From Patellaria atrata CBS 101060 (lineage: Eukaryota): DNA of 64,000 nucleotides. This document shows positions 1 through 14,365 of the stretch, in pieces (the stretch's first letter is position 1; each line of letters begins with the position of its first letter). The stretch spans positions 564,623 to 628,622 of the forward strand of contig MU006092.1 of NCBI GenBank assembly GCA_010093705.1, read 5' to 3'. The notes under the pieces were generated by a model. The model saw only the letters and a list, made by a program, of their open reading frames with translations. It was not told the origin of the DNA and did no database searches. The translations under genes were made by a program, and so were the position numbers.

Positions 1-527
1 AACGCTGATGAGTATACCATGGGGCTCGGATACAGCAGTTGTGCCTTCGAATCCTGCATAACCAGCAAATAACGCCTAAGCCTTTCAGTCCCTTATTACG
101 CTAGTGATCAAGCATCTTACGGACTTCGGATACAAAAGCTTGACGATCAAGGTCAGGGGAGTTCTTAAGCCAGTCGATCCACTCAGCCGGGACAATAAAT
201 CTGGATCCTGGGGTCGTGATGATGCGAAATGGTCCATTGAACTACAGTTACCGTCAGTTGAGGCTACTTCTCTGCTGGGAATAGGAATCCACATACCCTT
301 CGAAAGCCTTCGATGATCAAACCGTTTGCGTCTTTCAGGAAAGCCTCATGGGCCTTCTCACGAGTCCAATCCCAAGGGTAGGCATTGATGACGGGGATAC
401 TGTCCGTCCTAGAGAAATTAAGGAATATAAGACTGAGAACAAGGCTCGAAAAAGAAACTAGTAGAGCGATCTTGAACTAGGTAAGTAATTTAGGGCATAA
501 AGTGTTTCCTATCAGCTCAGGCATCAT
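1..527 (-). CDS. Cytochrome P450, 5' part only (continues off left edge); in-frame TAG at 477-479, so possibly a pseudogene
   Basis: Not in the ORF track. Manual splicing (exons 527-297, 241-125, 75-1; GT..AG introns 296-242 and 124-76) gives MMPELIGNTLCPKLLT*FKIALLVSFSSLVLSLIFLNFSRTDSIPVINAYPWDWTREKAHEAFLKDANGLIIEGFRR|FNGPFRIITTPGSRFIVPAEWIDWLKNSPDLDRQAFVSE|ALFAGYAGFEG. The N-terminal membrane anchor plus PVIN, GPFRIIT and FAGYxGFE segments resemble CYP68/ent-kaurene-oxidase-like fungal P450s. The heme motif lies outside the window. Confidence 0.75.
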
Positions 528-1237
528 GATAGTAGGAGATTCAGCTATATTATTTGGCTTCTTATCTCAAATATAGCTGGCAAACGAGGAACCTTACTCC
601 ATCTTATAGAGTACAGATTCATAGGTATTGTGTTGATACTTAGACGATTGGATGAACTGGGCTATTTGATTAGTTCGAGTTGATGATTCAAGACAGCATC
701 ACGATGAACCATCACTTTCTTCCAATACTATTGGCCGAGTCACCACCAAGACCCTCGAGCATTTTGACAAGTACAAGGGTGTTTGTTTCTGGTGAATGTC
801 AATTTGGACTACCTAGATTTCACACTTTGATATCATTCAGTGGAAAATAAACCAAAAAAGCTATAGTCATCTTCACCGCCCTCCACAGACCACATAGCAT
901 TTGAGAAGACGATGTGCCTGTAAGGCCACCAGTGTCGCACATGTCCTTTCTAACATATGCGGTTAGAACTAGATCTACATAGTACTTCCGCACTCTTAGG
1001 CAGTTCCCACTCATTCATCTTTTGGGATTCTTCCATTCTTCATATTTATGAGCTCTAGGGTCACGATATACTACCGATCAATCTGTCTAATTCCGGATAC
1101 ACTAGGTAATAACTTGTTGGACTCCGTACAAAGCTTCTACTGTAGTCCCTAGTTCTCCTGGTGCATTAGAACTAGTCTAGAGTTCGGTTCGTCATCCTGG
1201 ATCCCCCTCCAACCCTTCTCCCGTCCCAAGTTGCTTC

Positions 1238-1279
1238 CCACCACCACCACCACCACCACCATCACCATCACCACTACCG
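1238..1279. repeat. (CCA)n-type trinucleotide microsatellite
   Basis: ccaccaccaccaccaccaccaccatcaccatcaccactacc in the P450/ALDH intergenic region. Confidence 0.85.
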
Positions 1280-1714
1280 CGATAGGGGTCGGAAATAGTA
1301 GAAGCATAGGAAGATATAGCGCCGCAATTCACCTACAGTAGTCGAAGCTAGAGATGCATAGAACTATGCAGTTCTCCCTTCCCGACTGTCGCCACGAGGG
1401 CGGGAATCCTGTCCGACAGCACCTCGTCTTCGATCGATTCCGTTGATTCGTTGCGCAAAACGCCTTCTCCTGTCGCCGAGAAAGAGTAACGCAGAAGTTC
1501 TTTTTCAGGTTGGCACATCAGCAGCCTAAAGAACGGTAGATGCATCCGTCTCACCCTCGGGTCGGTATATAAAGTATGCTGTGCCTCTCGGATACAGTAG
1601 CGATACATTGTTGCGCCATTGTTCGTTAAACAAGACTATAATACCCGTCTTGATTTATTTCCTTACTCTGAAAGAAATTTGAACTACAGAGAACAATTCG
1701 AAGAATACTACGAT

Positions 1715-3640
1715 ATGGCCCCAGTTGCTTTCAATGACAGCGGTAGCGTCAATGGTCCTGCAGACCTTGATTTCACCAAATTTTATAATGTTATCAATGG
1801 GAAGTTAACATCAACTAAAGTCACCAGACATGGTGTCAATCCTGCCACACTTAAAGATCTTCCAGAAGTTCCAGTTTCTACACGGGAAGATGTAGATGCT
1901 GCTATGAAGGCTGCGGAAGCGGCTTTTAAGCCCTGGGCAACCACATCCTACGATGAACGGAGAAAACTTGTACTTGCCTTCGGTGACGAGTTTGAGAGAC
2001 AGATTGGATCTTTCGTCAAGTTTCTTACTAAGGAACAGGGGAAACCTGTGAGTATCTGGAATATAACTCATCACAGTCCTCACATTGTCCCATATAGTTA
2101 CTGTTGTCCCTGTCTGAGTCTGAACGTAAAGTCCAAATATGAGCAGTCTGTAGAATATATTATATCGATCTATACATGCTAACGTTACGCTATTACAGAC
2201 TCACCTTGCCCGGCTAGAATGCGGTGCTGTCCAAAAATGGATCAAAGCCCTCTCCGCCCTTGACTTCGAAGAAGAACTAATCTCAGAGACCGAAGAAAGA
2301 CAAACAATCATCCGCTACACCCCGCTCGGCGTCGTGGTCGGCATAGTCCCCTGGAACTTCCCCGTGCAGCTCGCAGTCGGCAAGATCGCTCCCTCCCTCT
2401 TAACCGGGAACCCGATCATCATCAAGCCCTCCCCATTCACCCCCTACTGTGGGTTGAAGCTAGGCGAACTAGCGCAGAAGTTCTTCCCTCCGGGTGTGGT
2501 GCAAGTGTTGAGCGGTGACGACAATTTGGGTCCTTGGTTGACGGCTCATCCCACACCTGCTAAGGTCAGCTTTACGGGGTCTTCGGCGACGGGGAAGAAG
2601 GTCATGGAGAGTGCAAGTAAAACTCTGAAGAGGGTGACGCTTGAACTGTAAGTCTGCGTATCTATACCACCTTATCCCATCCATCCCTTACCCATTGCGA
2701 CACCCCTCGCCTACCGTGAGCTCGCCCAAATATATCTTCAAGCATACAACACANNNNNNNNNNNNNNNNNNNNNNNNNNNNNNNNNNNNNNNNNNNNNNN
2801 NNNNNNNNNNNNNNNNNNNNNNNNNNNNNNNNNNNNNNNNNNNNNNNNNNNNNNNNNNNNNNNNNNNNACCCCAGCGGCGGCAACGATCCCGCCATAATC
2901 TGCCCCGACATCGACATCGCCGCCACAGCCCCCAAAATCGCCTCCCTCGCCTTCCTCAACTCCGGCCAAACCTGTGCAGCTATAAAACGCATCTACGTCC
3001 ACTCGTCCATCTACGCCGCCTTCCTCGCCGCCATGGTGGCCTTCACGCGCACCCTCCGCGTCGGGCCCGGTACTGAGGACGGCGTTGCGCTTGGCCCGAT
3101 ACAAAATGCTGCGCAGTATGAGAAGGTGCGGTCGTTTTTCACGGACTTGGAGAACGATGGGTCGAAGATCGCTGTTGGTGGGGATGGGGATGGGGAGGGG
3201 GAGGAGGGGAAGGGGTATTTTGTTAGGCCTACTATCGTCGATAATCCTCCCTCGGACGCGAGAGTCGTGGTTGAGGAAGCGTTTGGTAAAAACTCTTTCC
3301 TAAACCCCCCCCCCCTAAAAAAAAAACCGTCACTTCTAACACCCGAACCCCAGGCCCCCTCCTCCCCCTCCTCCCCTGGACGCACGAACGCTCCGTCATA
3401 GCCCGCGCCAACAGCTCTAAGATGGGCCTCGGCGCCTCCGTCTGGTCCCGCGACGTGGAGCGCGCGAACCGCATCGCACGCCAGCTGGACGCCGGCAGCG
3501 TGTGGGTGAACGCGCACCTGGCGCTAGACCCGCGCGCCCCGTTCGGCGGACACAAGGAGAGTGGGATCGGGGTCGAGTGGGGTGTTCAGGGGTTGAGGGG
3601 GTTTTGTAATTGTCAGACGCTTTATTTGGGGAGGGTGTGA
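1715..3640 (+). CDS. Aldehyde dehydrogenase (NAD(P)-dependent), 4 exons
   Basis: Motifs NPAT, EQGKP, GIVPWNFP, IKPSPFTP, SFTGS, TLEL|GGND, NSGQTC (catalytic Cys), EEAFG|P, PFGGHKESGIG. Introns at about 2048-2199, 2648-2876 (contains the N gap) and 3286-3353. Confidence 0.95.
2754..2868. other. Assembly gap (115 N) inside ALDH intron 2
   Basis: Run of N. The coding sequence joins cleanly across it (TLEL|GGND). Confidence 0.99.
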
Positions 3641-3902
3641 TGGTTCTTTGATGGGTTGGGATGGGGATGGAGTCTGATCTTTTTGGTTCTATGGGGACTC
3701 GTACAGTGCAGGAGGATGGATTGAGATGGAAGGAAGGTTATTCAGCATAGAGAGCTAATACGGTATCTAAAGGAGCGACGATGCAATAAAGAAAGTAAAC
3801 CCCACGGGTAAGAAACGAGCAACACATCTTACCCCTTATCCCAAAATCCATGCAGTCAAAGATTCTCCTCCTCCTTCCGTTGACCCCTTTCCCCATCCCG
3901 CT

Positions 3903-6900
3903 CTACAGAAAAGCCACACTATCCCCCTCACCCGCTCCACCCCAACCCCCCCGTCCCCTCAAACTCCCCCACCGCCCCTCATTCTCCACACTAACAACCT
4001 TCTTTCCGCGTCCCTCACCCATCCTGATCCCGCTCCCTCCCCTCCCCGCACCATCCTCTCTACTCCCCGTACTCGCATTACTGATCACGCTAAGGGGCGT
4101 CCTCCCCCTGCGGCCCCGGACCCTCAGACTATCATAACTCTTCCGATTCTCCAGCTTCGAGCGTCTCGCTTGCGATATGCGTCCGCTTACCGCGATGGCT
4201 ACTTCCTCGATCGTCGGCTCCTCGAGGACGCCGTAGCCGGTGACGTTGCCGGTGGCGTCGCGGTGGAGCGTCGGTGTCGCTGCTGCGTTGTCCTTTCGGT
4301 GGTACAGACAGAGCTGCTGCTGCGGTTGTTGCTGCTGTTCTTTGAGGCGGCGGCGGCCGGTGCGGGTGAGAATTGGTGGCGGGCCCGGGAGGACGAAGGA
4401 GTCTTCGTCCCTCGTGACGGGTCCTTCTTCTACTTCCTCTAAGGTGGAGGTGTAGGACTCATAGTCATCGTCGTTGTCGTCTGGGAGGATCGTGATTTCG
4501 TGATCGACGCTTTTGGACGGCGAGGAGTGTTGAGAGTAGATACTCGAGACCTCTGTCGCGCTGCCGAATTGGCGGCTGCTTTTTGCAGTCGAGGGTACTG
4601 AACAGGGATATCCCTCGGCGTGGCTGAGGAGACGCTGGTGCCATCTTTTGCGAGGTCGGGATGAAGGTTCAGCTGATGATGCCGTACAGGTCGTCGCTAC
4701 GCTCTTTTGCGTTCGGTGTCGGCGCAGACTATCGGGAAATAAGGGGTTAGGTTCTAGTACGGATGTGGATGCCAGGCCAGGTGCTTGGTGGACCCCGGAG
4801 CTGGCGCGTGACGAGCCTCCCCCTGCAGCGAAGAAAGGAGAAGTGCGTGAAGCGCGGTTCTTGATGAACGAGTCTCGCTTCTCTTGGATAGACCGGCGGT
4901 CAGGGCCACCATCGGGTGTCGCAGAGAGCATGCGAATGCTTTTATATCTACGATCTAGTGGAAGAGATTTATGCCCTAGTCCCCTCAATGAAGACCTTGG
5001 AGGGGGAACGAGTAGAGTACTGGGAGCCCTCGAAAGCATGTCAGTTGATTGTGTATCATAAGTGCTGACACTATTGCAGTGGCATCTATGAGGAACATAG
5101 ACACTGCTCATGCTACTGCGTAGCCCTCGCACAGGTGAACCGTATGTTCCTCTGCCGTGTCCCAATCCTGAAAGGCGTCTGTTAACAGGGAGCCCGATAT
5201 TTCTCGTAATGGATGTGCGTGTGCTCTTTCTGTAATGCTGTGGACGGCTCTTAGTTAGAGTTGACGACTCAGATACGCGAGACATTCGTGCAAGTTCCGT
5301 AGGGATCTTCATTGATTCGCTAGGATTATGTCTGTGAGCAGTTACAGAATCCCCGTATGAACGATCAAAATCTTTAAGTATTGCTGCCTCATTATCGCCA
5401 AGCGATATTGCTAATGAATTCGGTCTATCTTTTAACTCACGAACAGACTTCATGGGTAGTACAATATCGATCTGTGGAGGGCGTTCCGGTGTTCTAATTA
5501 CCACCTCTTGAGGACCCTTTTCCAAATCATCTCCATTCCCATCCAGGTTATTGTTTGGCCATTGATCTACCTGGATGATTGGTCTTGAGATCTCAGGCTT
5601 TTTTATACCCCTGTTCTTTCTTCTCCAGCTAATCGGACGTCGACAGAATAGAATAGAGAGTACTAAAGCAAGGATAGCAACAACGATACATGGTACAGTA
5701 GCCGCGATGATTGTAACGATCTTAGATTTTGAATGGCCGTTGTGGGAATCCTCATCGCTACCTGACTCTGAAGAGGACGCTTCATTCTTTGACGAATGGT
5801 CATCTGTCGTATCGATCCCTTGATCAAAAGCTGTAGGGTCAACAGAATGGACGTTGATCTCAAGAGCTTGAGATTCTCCAGAGGAAGAGTTCGGTTCGGT
5901 AGCTATTATCGAGCCAGTAATAGTTCCTGGTTTCACATCCTGAGGGACTTCACCGTAGATGGTAAGAGACTGCGGGTCAAAATGAAGCCATTTGCCAGTA
6001 TCACCCAAAGATACTGTAATATCGACATCTGGTCTACTGAACATGGCCCTATCGATCGTATAATTAAAGTGCTGTCCTTGAGTTACATTTAAAGGCTCTA
6101 GCTGGTGATGGAAAAAACCACCATGCAAGGCCAAATGAATGGTAGTAGTAGCAGTATGTCCGTATACATCGTGCACCGTTACCTTGATTACATTCAACTT
6201 ATTGTCTTCCGCTAATGTACCGGTAATAGAAAGTGTGCCTGGATCGAAGGAGAGCCCGGAGGGGAGTTCCGCACTGGCACTCTGGATATCACTATCCTTG
6301 CATTTTTGGCCATTCAATAATATCTGATCTCGAAGTGAACTGAAGTGAATCGAAGCACCCTTCTGAACGTTCAGGTATTGGTCTTGCTTCTCAAACGCAA
6401 GCTCAGTACTGATCACCGTGACATTAAAGGAGAACCAAGCTGAAGCGAATCCAGGTATATCCGATGCGATCAACATTAACCCAAAAGTTCGTGGTAGATT
6501 GTTCATACTGGGAACTTTCCCAGAGAAGCGTAAGGCTTTTGAATCGAATGAGATCCACGAAGGGAGAGGAGTGTGGTCCTCCATGGTCGAGTAATAGGAC
6601 AAACTCTTCCCATTTCCATCGAATAGATTGGAAGGAAAAGATATTTGAAGGTCTGACATCGCAAATGCTGAGACGCTATTGGATCCTGTCGCAGGTCCAT
6701 CCTTCTCAAGCACATCCTGAACGTTCACGGTCGCCGAAGGAGCCGCATCTGCAACTACGACGAGTGTGGGTTGTAGTACGGCAGCTCCACTGGAATCTGC
6801 AGCGGTCAGAGTGAACGAAGTAGTTCCAAGGTCGCTCGTTCCAGGGGTACCCCACAATGTGCGAGTAGCGCTATCAAGAGACAACCATGCTGGTCCTCCC

Positions 6901-7079
6901 GAGATAGTATACTGGATATTGTTTGAAATAGGCGCAAACGTTGCTAATGGGAATTGAAACCAAAAAAATTGTCCGACTCGAGCCACAGGAGGCACTTGAG
7001 AGTTCAGAGGAAGCGCAACTTGAAGTGCTAGTGCTGTCACGTCGCAAAGCAGGAAGAAGATGAGAGCGACTTGAAGCAT
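3903..7079 (-). CDS. axl2: Axl2/Bud10-like polarity landmark; type I membrane glycoprotein with cadherin-like (CADG) repeats
   Basis: 1058 aa single exon. Signal peptide, PLNSQVPPVARVGQ start, repeated (P)xWLxFD..L.G.P cadherin-like units, one TM helix (IVTIIAATVPCIVVAILALVLSILF), then EISRP and a long S/R/P-rich cytoplasmic tail. Confidence 0.9.
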   Translation of the reverse strand: MLQVALIFFLLCDVTALALQVALPLNSQVPPVARVGQFFWFQFPLATFAPISNNIQYTISGGPAWLSLDSATRTLWGTPGTSDLGTTSFTLTAADSSGAAVLQPTLVVVADAAPSATVNVQDVLEKDGPATGSNSVSAFAMSDLQISFPSNLFDGNGKSLSYYSTMEDHTPLPSWISFDSKALRFSGKVPSMNNLPRTFGLMLIASDIPGFASAWFSFNVTVISTELAFEKQDQYLNVQKGASIHFSSLRDQILLNGQKCKDSDIQSASAELPSGLSFDPGTLSITGTLAEDNKLNVIKVTVHDVYGHTATTTIHLALHGGFFHHQLEPLNVTQGQHFNYTIDRAMFSRPDVDITVSLGDTGKWLHFDPQSLTIYGEVPQDVKPGTITGSIIATEPNSSSGESQALEINVHSVDPTAFDQGIDTTDDHSSKNEASSSESGSDEDSHNGHSKSKIVTIIAATVPCIVVAILALVLSILFCRRPISWRRKNRGIKKPEISRPIIQVDQWPNNNLDGNGDDLEKGPQEVVIRTPERPPQIDIVLPMKSVRELKDRPNSLAISLGDNEAAILKDFDRSYGDSVTAHRHNPSESMKIPTELARMSRVSESSTLTKSRPQHYRKSTRTSITRNIGLPVNRRLSGLGHGRGTYGSPVRGLRSSMSSVYVPHRCHCNSVSTYDTQSTDMLSRAPSTLLVPPPRSSLRGLGHKSLPLDRRYKSIRMLSATPDGGPDRRSIQEKRDSFIKNRASRTSPFFAAGGGSSRASSGVHQAPGLASTSVLEPNPLFPDSLRRHRTQKSVATTCTASSAEPSSRPRKRWHQRLLSHAEGYPCSVPSTAKSSRQFGSATEVSSIYSQHSSPSKSVDHEITILPDDNDDDYESYTSTLEEVEEGPVTRDEDSFVLPGPPPILTRTGRRRLKEQQQQPQQQLCLYHRKDNAAATPTLHRDATGNVTGYGVLEEPTIEEVAIAVSGRISQARRSKLENRKSYDSLRVRGRRGRTPLSVISNASTGSREDGAGRGGSGIRMGEGRGKKVVSVENEGRWGSLRGRGGWGGAGEGDSVAFL

Positions 7080-7310
7080 TGTGTCCTAAACCCGGATTCT
7101 GTCAGCCGAGTACTGAGGTTCTGCTAAGATATACTCACCTGTCTAACTAAAAGTACTCTATCGCCCCTGATATACTCAACAAGATCCTGCTGTTATAGAA
7201 ATTTCTGCCAGATATAATACATGAATTGTGAAGAGATTTTTTTTTTTTGATACAGATGAAAGAAACGGAAATGAACTGAAGTAGCTTGGAGTACGGTAGC
7301 AGGCCAATCT

Positions 7311-7336
7311 ACGCGTATTTCGCGGCCTCATCGCGT
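7311..7336. promoter_or_regulatory. MCB/SCB-like G1/S cell-cycle elements upstream of axl2
   Basis: ACGCGT at 7311-7316, TTTCGCG (=CGCGAAA) at 7318-7324 and TCGCGT at 7331-7336, about 230-260 bp upstream of the axl2 ATG. Confidence 0.55.
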
Positions 7337-8196
7337 ACATATTTGCGTGATACCAGCCCTGGGGAGGTTGGCGTGCCATTGGAATGTAAGAATGAATAGC
7401 CTGCCTTTGAGCTCAACCGGGCAATATCGCAAGGGGTGTAATGAGAACATTACCTACCCGCCTCCTTACCACATCTTAAGAATGTTAAGTCTGAGCATCT
7501 ATGAAGGAGTTGAGTCTATGTAAATACAGTGCGGAATATGAAATAGAGGACTCTATGGATAGCGCATGACGCTATAGAAGACTAACAACTACAGAGAGTG
7601 TCAACTTAATACTAACTGAGATCTCAACATCTAATAACAAATATTAGATCATTAATTGAGTTTACGTCCTCGTCCTTTGAATTTCCAGGCATTGTACGGT
7701 ATGGTACTTCATTCGAGGTACCAGGAAACGAATCGTATTTCATTGAGATACAAGGTGATAAATCATCAAACACGTTGAGTCCACTATTAGCCCATTAAAC
7801 GCTCAAGTGATATCTGGAGAATCACTGTTGGATACGACTCTGATGGATGGAGGTGAGACGAGGGTGTCGGGATGAGGATGAGGTCGAAGATTTCCGCAAT
7901 CTTGGCAGTGTCCTGGCAACTACAGTGTATTTTTGAATGAATTTCGTCCGGGATTGAAATCTATGTGAGTATAATTATTGATAATGTTGGATGTAGTCGA
8001 CACCTACTAGATTTTAGAAATTATTCTCTGCTATACTTTCCCATAATGCGTGACTGCTTTTACTCTCAGGTAATGAAGGGTTCAGAGGAATTTCATCATA
8101 TCATACTGTATCATTCAAAACGCTATCAAACCTAATATGTACAGGGTGTCATCTGCGTCTTAAACTCATACAAACTCATACTCCTTATTTAATAGT

Positions 8197-9868
<1,672 letters not shown>

Positions 9869-11088
9869 TGTGGATGGTAGACAACAAAGTACAAATATCA
9901 ATTGGGTATCAAACAAGTTTATTGGTAGAACAGACTGTAGTATAGACCGAATTAAAGTGAGATGAAGGAAAAAGGATGGGCGTGAGGCCAGAGATATTTA
10001 TCAACAGAGGAAAAGCAATGCTACAAGAGATGGCGGATTAGAACTAGCATTGAAGAACGTCACCCCTCAGGACCGTTCTCGCGCTTCCCCCCAGATCCCC
10101 GGCGGGGCGAAGGTTGTCCGCCAGGTGAGATGTAGCTGTAATTGGTCGAGAGGCATTTTCGCAGGTGTTTAGGAACCTTTAGGGTGGCCGTATCTCGAAG
10201 AAAGTCGGGACCGAGGAGACATTGTTAGAAGCTCTTGTGTGATACCTTCAAGAGAGACTTTCTTCATCCTTATCTTATCGCTGTAATAACATTGGATGGA
10301 TGAAACCGGAGGGGAGTTTGTTAGATATCGTTGGAAATCGTAACCACTTATCCAATCATTGTTAGAACCTGCCCATCAGTTTCTCGCCTTGAGTATTCTC
10401 ATTGCCAATTCGTCAGGGTCATCACCGAAAGTCGCTAACAGTTCTCATTACTGAAACTTAACTGAACCCGTGGGAAGCGAAGAGTTTTTTAAGCAGTCTT
10501 TTAGAGCCTATGCCGCGCCGTGCGGTTTCGCACCGAACCTTTTGGGTAATTCTTTACGTACAATAGTGAAGCCACCTAGTTTTAGGGCACGGGAGGTTTA
10601 CGATGAGAATGTGGGATGAGGGGAATAATAAAGAGGGACATTCTCTCCGTGGGAGCCTGTGAGGGAGTCCAGAGGAGCTGGAAGTGGCTGGAAGCTATGG
10701 CCCCTCTAGACCCTCGATTAAAGACGAGAAATTTTGCACCCACCGATAACCTTTTGCATGATGGGCTCTCACTCTCCAACACAAGAACATCTCGAAATCC
10801 TACTTCAACCCACCACCCGTGACCGGCCTTTGCATTCATGTACAGAACAGTACAGGGACAGAATATTCCGTCGCCAACATTTCACACCGGGTCACGCGCA
10901 AATGCTCCAGGGGATGTAACTTTCAGCTGGATTTGAGGGCTTGCATGTACCTACAATACTTACCCGACTTGATATCTTGTACGACCGGAGTGCTGGGAGG
11001 AATCGCTTGACTCTCCCGCCTTCCCCCACGACGGATTGACCACGACTTATTGCTATAGAAAATACCACCCTCATGCATTCTCTAGCAT

Positions 11089-12282
11089 TCATGGACAGTC
11101 TGTGGGGTCCCAATCTGCAAAGATTTTCACATATCAGCTTAGGAACACACTTCAACCTACATCTCGCACGATTCTCATCCGAGATACGGACCGACTTACC
11201 AGTGACTAGATTCTCATCAAGATTATCCAAGGCCTTCATGTCCTCCTCGTCAATCTCGAACCCGTCAATATCAGCATTCTCGATTATCCGCTGTCTCTTC
11301 ACGCTTTTAGGCAACGGGACATATCCATGCTGCAAACTCCACCGTACTAGAAGTTGCGCAGGAGTGCAATTGTACTTTTTAGAAAGAGAGACGATTTTTG
11401 GATGCTTCATCCGAAGAGCACGGGTAAGGGGCGCGTAGGCCTCTACAATGATTCCGTTCTGTGCGCAGAAGTGCGTTATATCCGTTCTAGTATTGAACGG
11501 ATGGACTTCTATTTGATTCACAGTTGGCATGATACGCGGTTCAGAGTTTATCAACTCCTGCAGCTGTTACACAATGTGTTATCAGTTCACAGAACAGGGT
11601 AGGTAAGTTGGAGGAGAATTTTTTTGTAGCTCACATGCTTCACGCCATAGTTACTGACACCTCCGCTTCTAATCTCACCGTCGTCAATGGCGTCTTCAAC
11701 TGCCTTCCAACACTCAAGTCTGGCTTTCTTTCCTCCGTACGGGCTGTGTAGGAGGAAAAGATCGATGTAACCAAGTCCACACGCATATAGAGATTTCTTG
11801 ATGGATTGGCGTGTAGCGTTGTATGAAGTATTGGATGCTAGTTTCGTTGTAAAATGAACATCTTCCCGAGTGAGTCCTGAGGTGTCTGCCTCGCTCGATA
11901 GAAACGCTGCTATTGCTCGACCCACCTCTCTCTCATTGTGGTACATTTGGGCCGAATCGATACTATTGCACCAGAAGAGGTCAATTAAAATTCAATTAGA
12001 CATTCTGGATAAATATTGATATTCCGAAACGTACGCTCTATATCCGGCCTAATGTTTCGATTTAGCTAGCTAGAATCAATAAGTAGATTGACTCACCTCC
12101 AATGCCGACTTTACTGCTTGAACGGTCTCGTTACCCGAAGTCAGATATACTCCGAGATGAATCTGGGGCATTGATAACCCATTCGATAGCTGAATTCGTT
12201 AGCTTTTTTGTGCAAGCTGTCTTGAGCAACCGTGGATGCTTACTTTGACGCGGGTAGCGAGTGAAAACGACTTTTGTGCCAT
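11089..12282 (-). CDS. Aldo-keto reductase (2,5-diketo-gluconate reductase-like), multi-exon
   Basis: [30 protein letters not shown] (catalytic D,Y), [33 protein letters not shown]-terminus DWDPTDCP*. Includes a 14-nt micro-exon at 12035-12048. Confidence 0.93.
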
Positions 12283-14365
12283 TGTTGGGCGTTGAATACG
12301 AGACCTTCTATTGAAGGGCGAGTAACGCGAAGTATATTTTGAGGTGCTACAGTAAGGTACTGTTGTCCTACATTGACGAGTTTCTCAGCACTCGTGGGTC
12401 AATCACGATGACGTGCCGGCTCTCTCGCTTCCCATTGCGCCGGGCATTTCCATCCCAACAGTGTGGTTAAGGTCACAGAGGCTTTTCATGTCTTGCAGCT
12501 GGCGACTGTGCACCAGCTCAACTTCTGCCACTAGACTCTTAAAGGGGAATTTCTTCACGTGGCGTATTATCCTACCCTTGGCTAAAGTATTGAACTCCCT
12601 TCCTCTATGAATCCTTTTGGCTTGGAAATATTCCCTCGGAGATGCATTTGTAAAATCCGTCCGGATAGTTCTGTTTGTTAGGGAAAACGGAGAAATTGAT
12701 GTCAGTTACAGCTTCCCCTATTCTCTGACGGTATCACCTGAGAAAAGATGACGAGTCTCAATTGAGCTTTCAGATTGAGCCTTGTTCCTGCACTGCACTA
12801 CTGCTGAAGAATCCGACCTAGACCTTATACCTGGGCACATAATCAGCCATTTTCCTGTAGGAGGGAACCGATTAGAAGGCCCAAGCAGCTAAGGGCGCCT
12901 CCAGCCCAGCAAACGCAATCATCAGGACAATTTCCCATAGCGAAAAGTGTGGCATTCTGTACAGCAGTAGGGAATGCGCCGGGTTCCTTGCAGTTAGTTC
13001 GAGCGTGTGAGTAAGCAATTTGGGTTCAAGAGGTGATTGAACGAGTGAATATGCAGGTTGAGAATCTAGAATTCGGCAAGGGGAATGCTCACCGATGCTC
13101 TCTGATGCTGTAATTCGGTGCTTCCGACGTAGCCGATGCGCCCCAAGCGAAGTAGGCATGAGGCGCAGGCATGCTAGTGGTTGGCTCTAATCCGGGGTAT
13201 AGGTTACAGTTTGTTTTTTGTTTGGATATTCAAGAAAAGTTGTTGACGGCTCAGACTCTTTCGAAATAGAAGCTGTGAATTGCAGACGAACCTTGTCTAT
13301 GCATTTCATTCAGCTGATGCGGGCTCTAATGAGCAAATACTTACTATCTATCCCGTCCCAGGGGGCAAACAAAAAGGACTTCTCAGCTCAGAAGTCAGAA
13401 GACTCAGCATAGGAGATGGAGAGCCTTGATAATCCTCCTTCCAAAAGACCTGGATGGCAAGTATGATTCGTGTACGGAGTATATACAGATGCATATACAT
13501 GTCATTGAACAGTGTCGTAGGGAAACTAAAGGACATGTACGAGTCAATACCTTTTAAAAACCCCAGCGGATGACGATTATCCCGTCTCAGGGATATCCAG
13601 GGCCATCGCATCGCCAACCGCCAAACTCATCCTCTCTCCCAGTTCGCGGGTCCAGATTCACGGGAGCATCTCCTCTTCCAGAGATTGGATCAAGGATTGA
13701 ATCAAGGGTTCTCTGGGTGCGAAGCATGAGGCGCCGACGCCACATCATGGCCCTGCAGTCGATCATGGCTTTTTCAGAGCCTCGGCGGACTCAAACGGGG
13801 GGTTGACGGGACATATTCACTTCCAGTTCTGAAGGTATTTGATATCATCCTTGCGCCAGAAGTCCAAAAGCATGTTCCTGTTCTCAATAAAGTCACCTGC
13901 AGTCCACGAAAGACCATTCACATACAGAACATGTCTCCCCACAACTCGGATAGGCTCAGGAGTCCGATGCAGGTTCATTTATCAATGCAATTCCACCCTC
14001 GAACTGAGCGTTCTGTAACTATAGTCGTGTTCGTTTAACTAAACTCTACCACCTCCAGTGTGTTTTCGTGTTGGATGTGTCGTGTCGACTTGCGCGAACC
14101 ACTGCAAAGCTCCCTTCGAACCAAACTTTGGTTCGGATTGTACGCTAATCGGCCCGGCTCACCATCGATATACCATCTTTCGAAGCTACTGTAAGCCATC
14201 ACGGAGTACTACAGTTTAAACAGGCAGCAGCGTCGAGCCGCGATACTACGCAACTTGGGTATGTTCCTCAACTTCTACTCTCACTATGGGCACTTCACAC
14301 TCGCTCATGTCTCCGAAGTATGCTGACATCCCTTTCCGGCCTCCGCAGCCCCGCCTTCCCCCATC

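Noticed and set aside
1619..1714. N-terminal extension of the ALDH ORF
   Set aside because: Starts at TTG just downstream of a TATA-like sequence; the first ATG is 1715.
10130..10540. GATA, CCAAT and CGG-type motifs upstream of gdhA
   Set aside because: Expected for this gene, but too short to support individually without conservation data.
12400..13900. Short ORFs upstream of the 14366 gene
   Set aside because: No motifs or coding-like composition; likely promoter or intergenic DNA.
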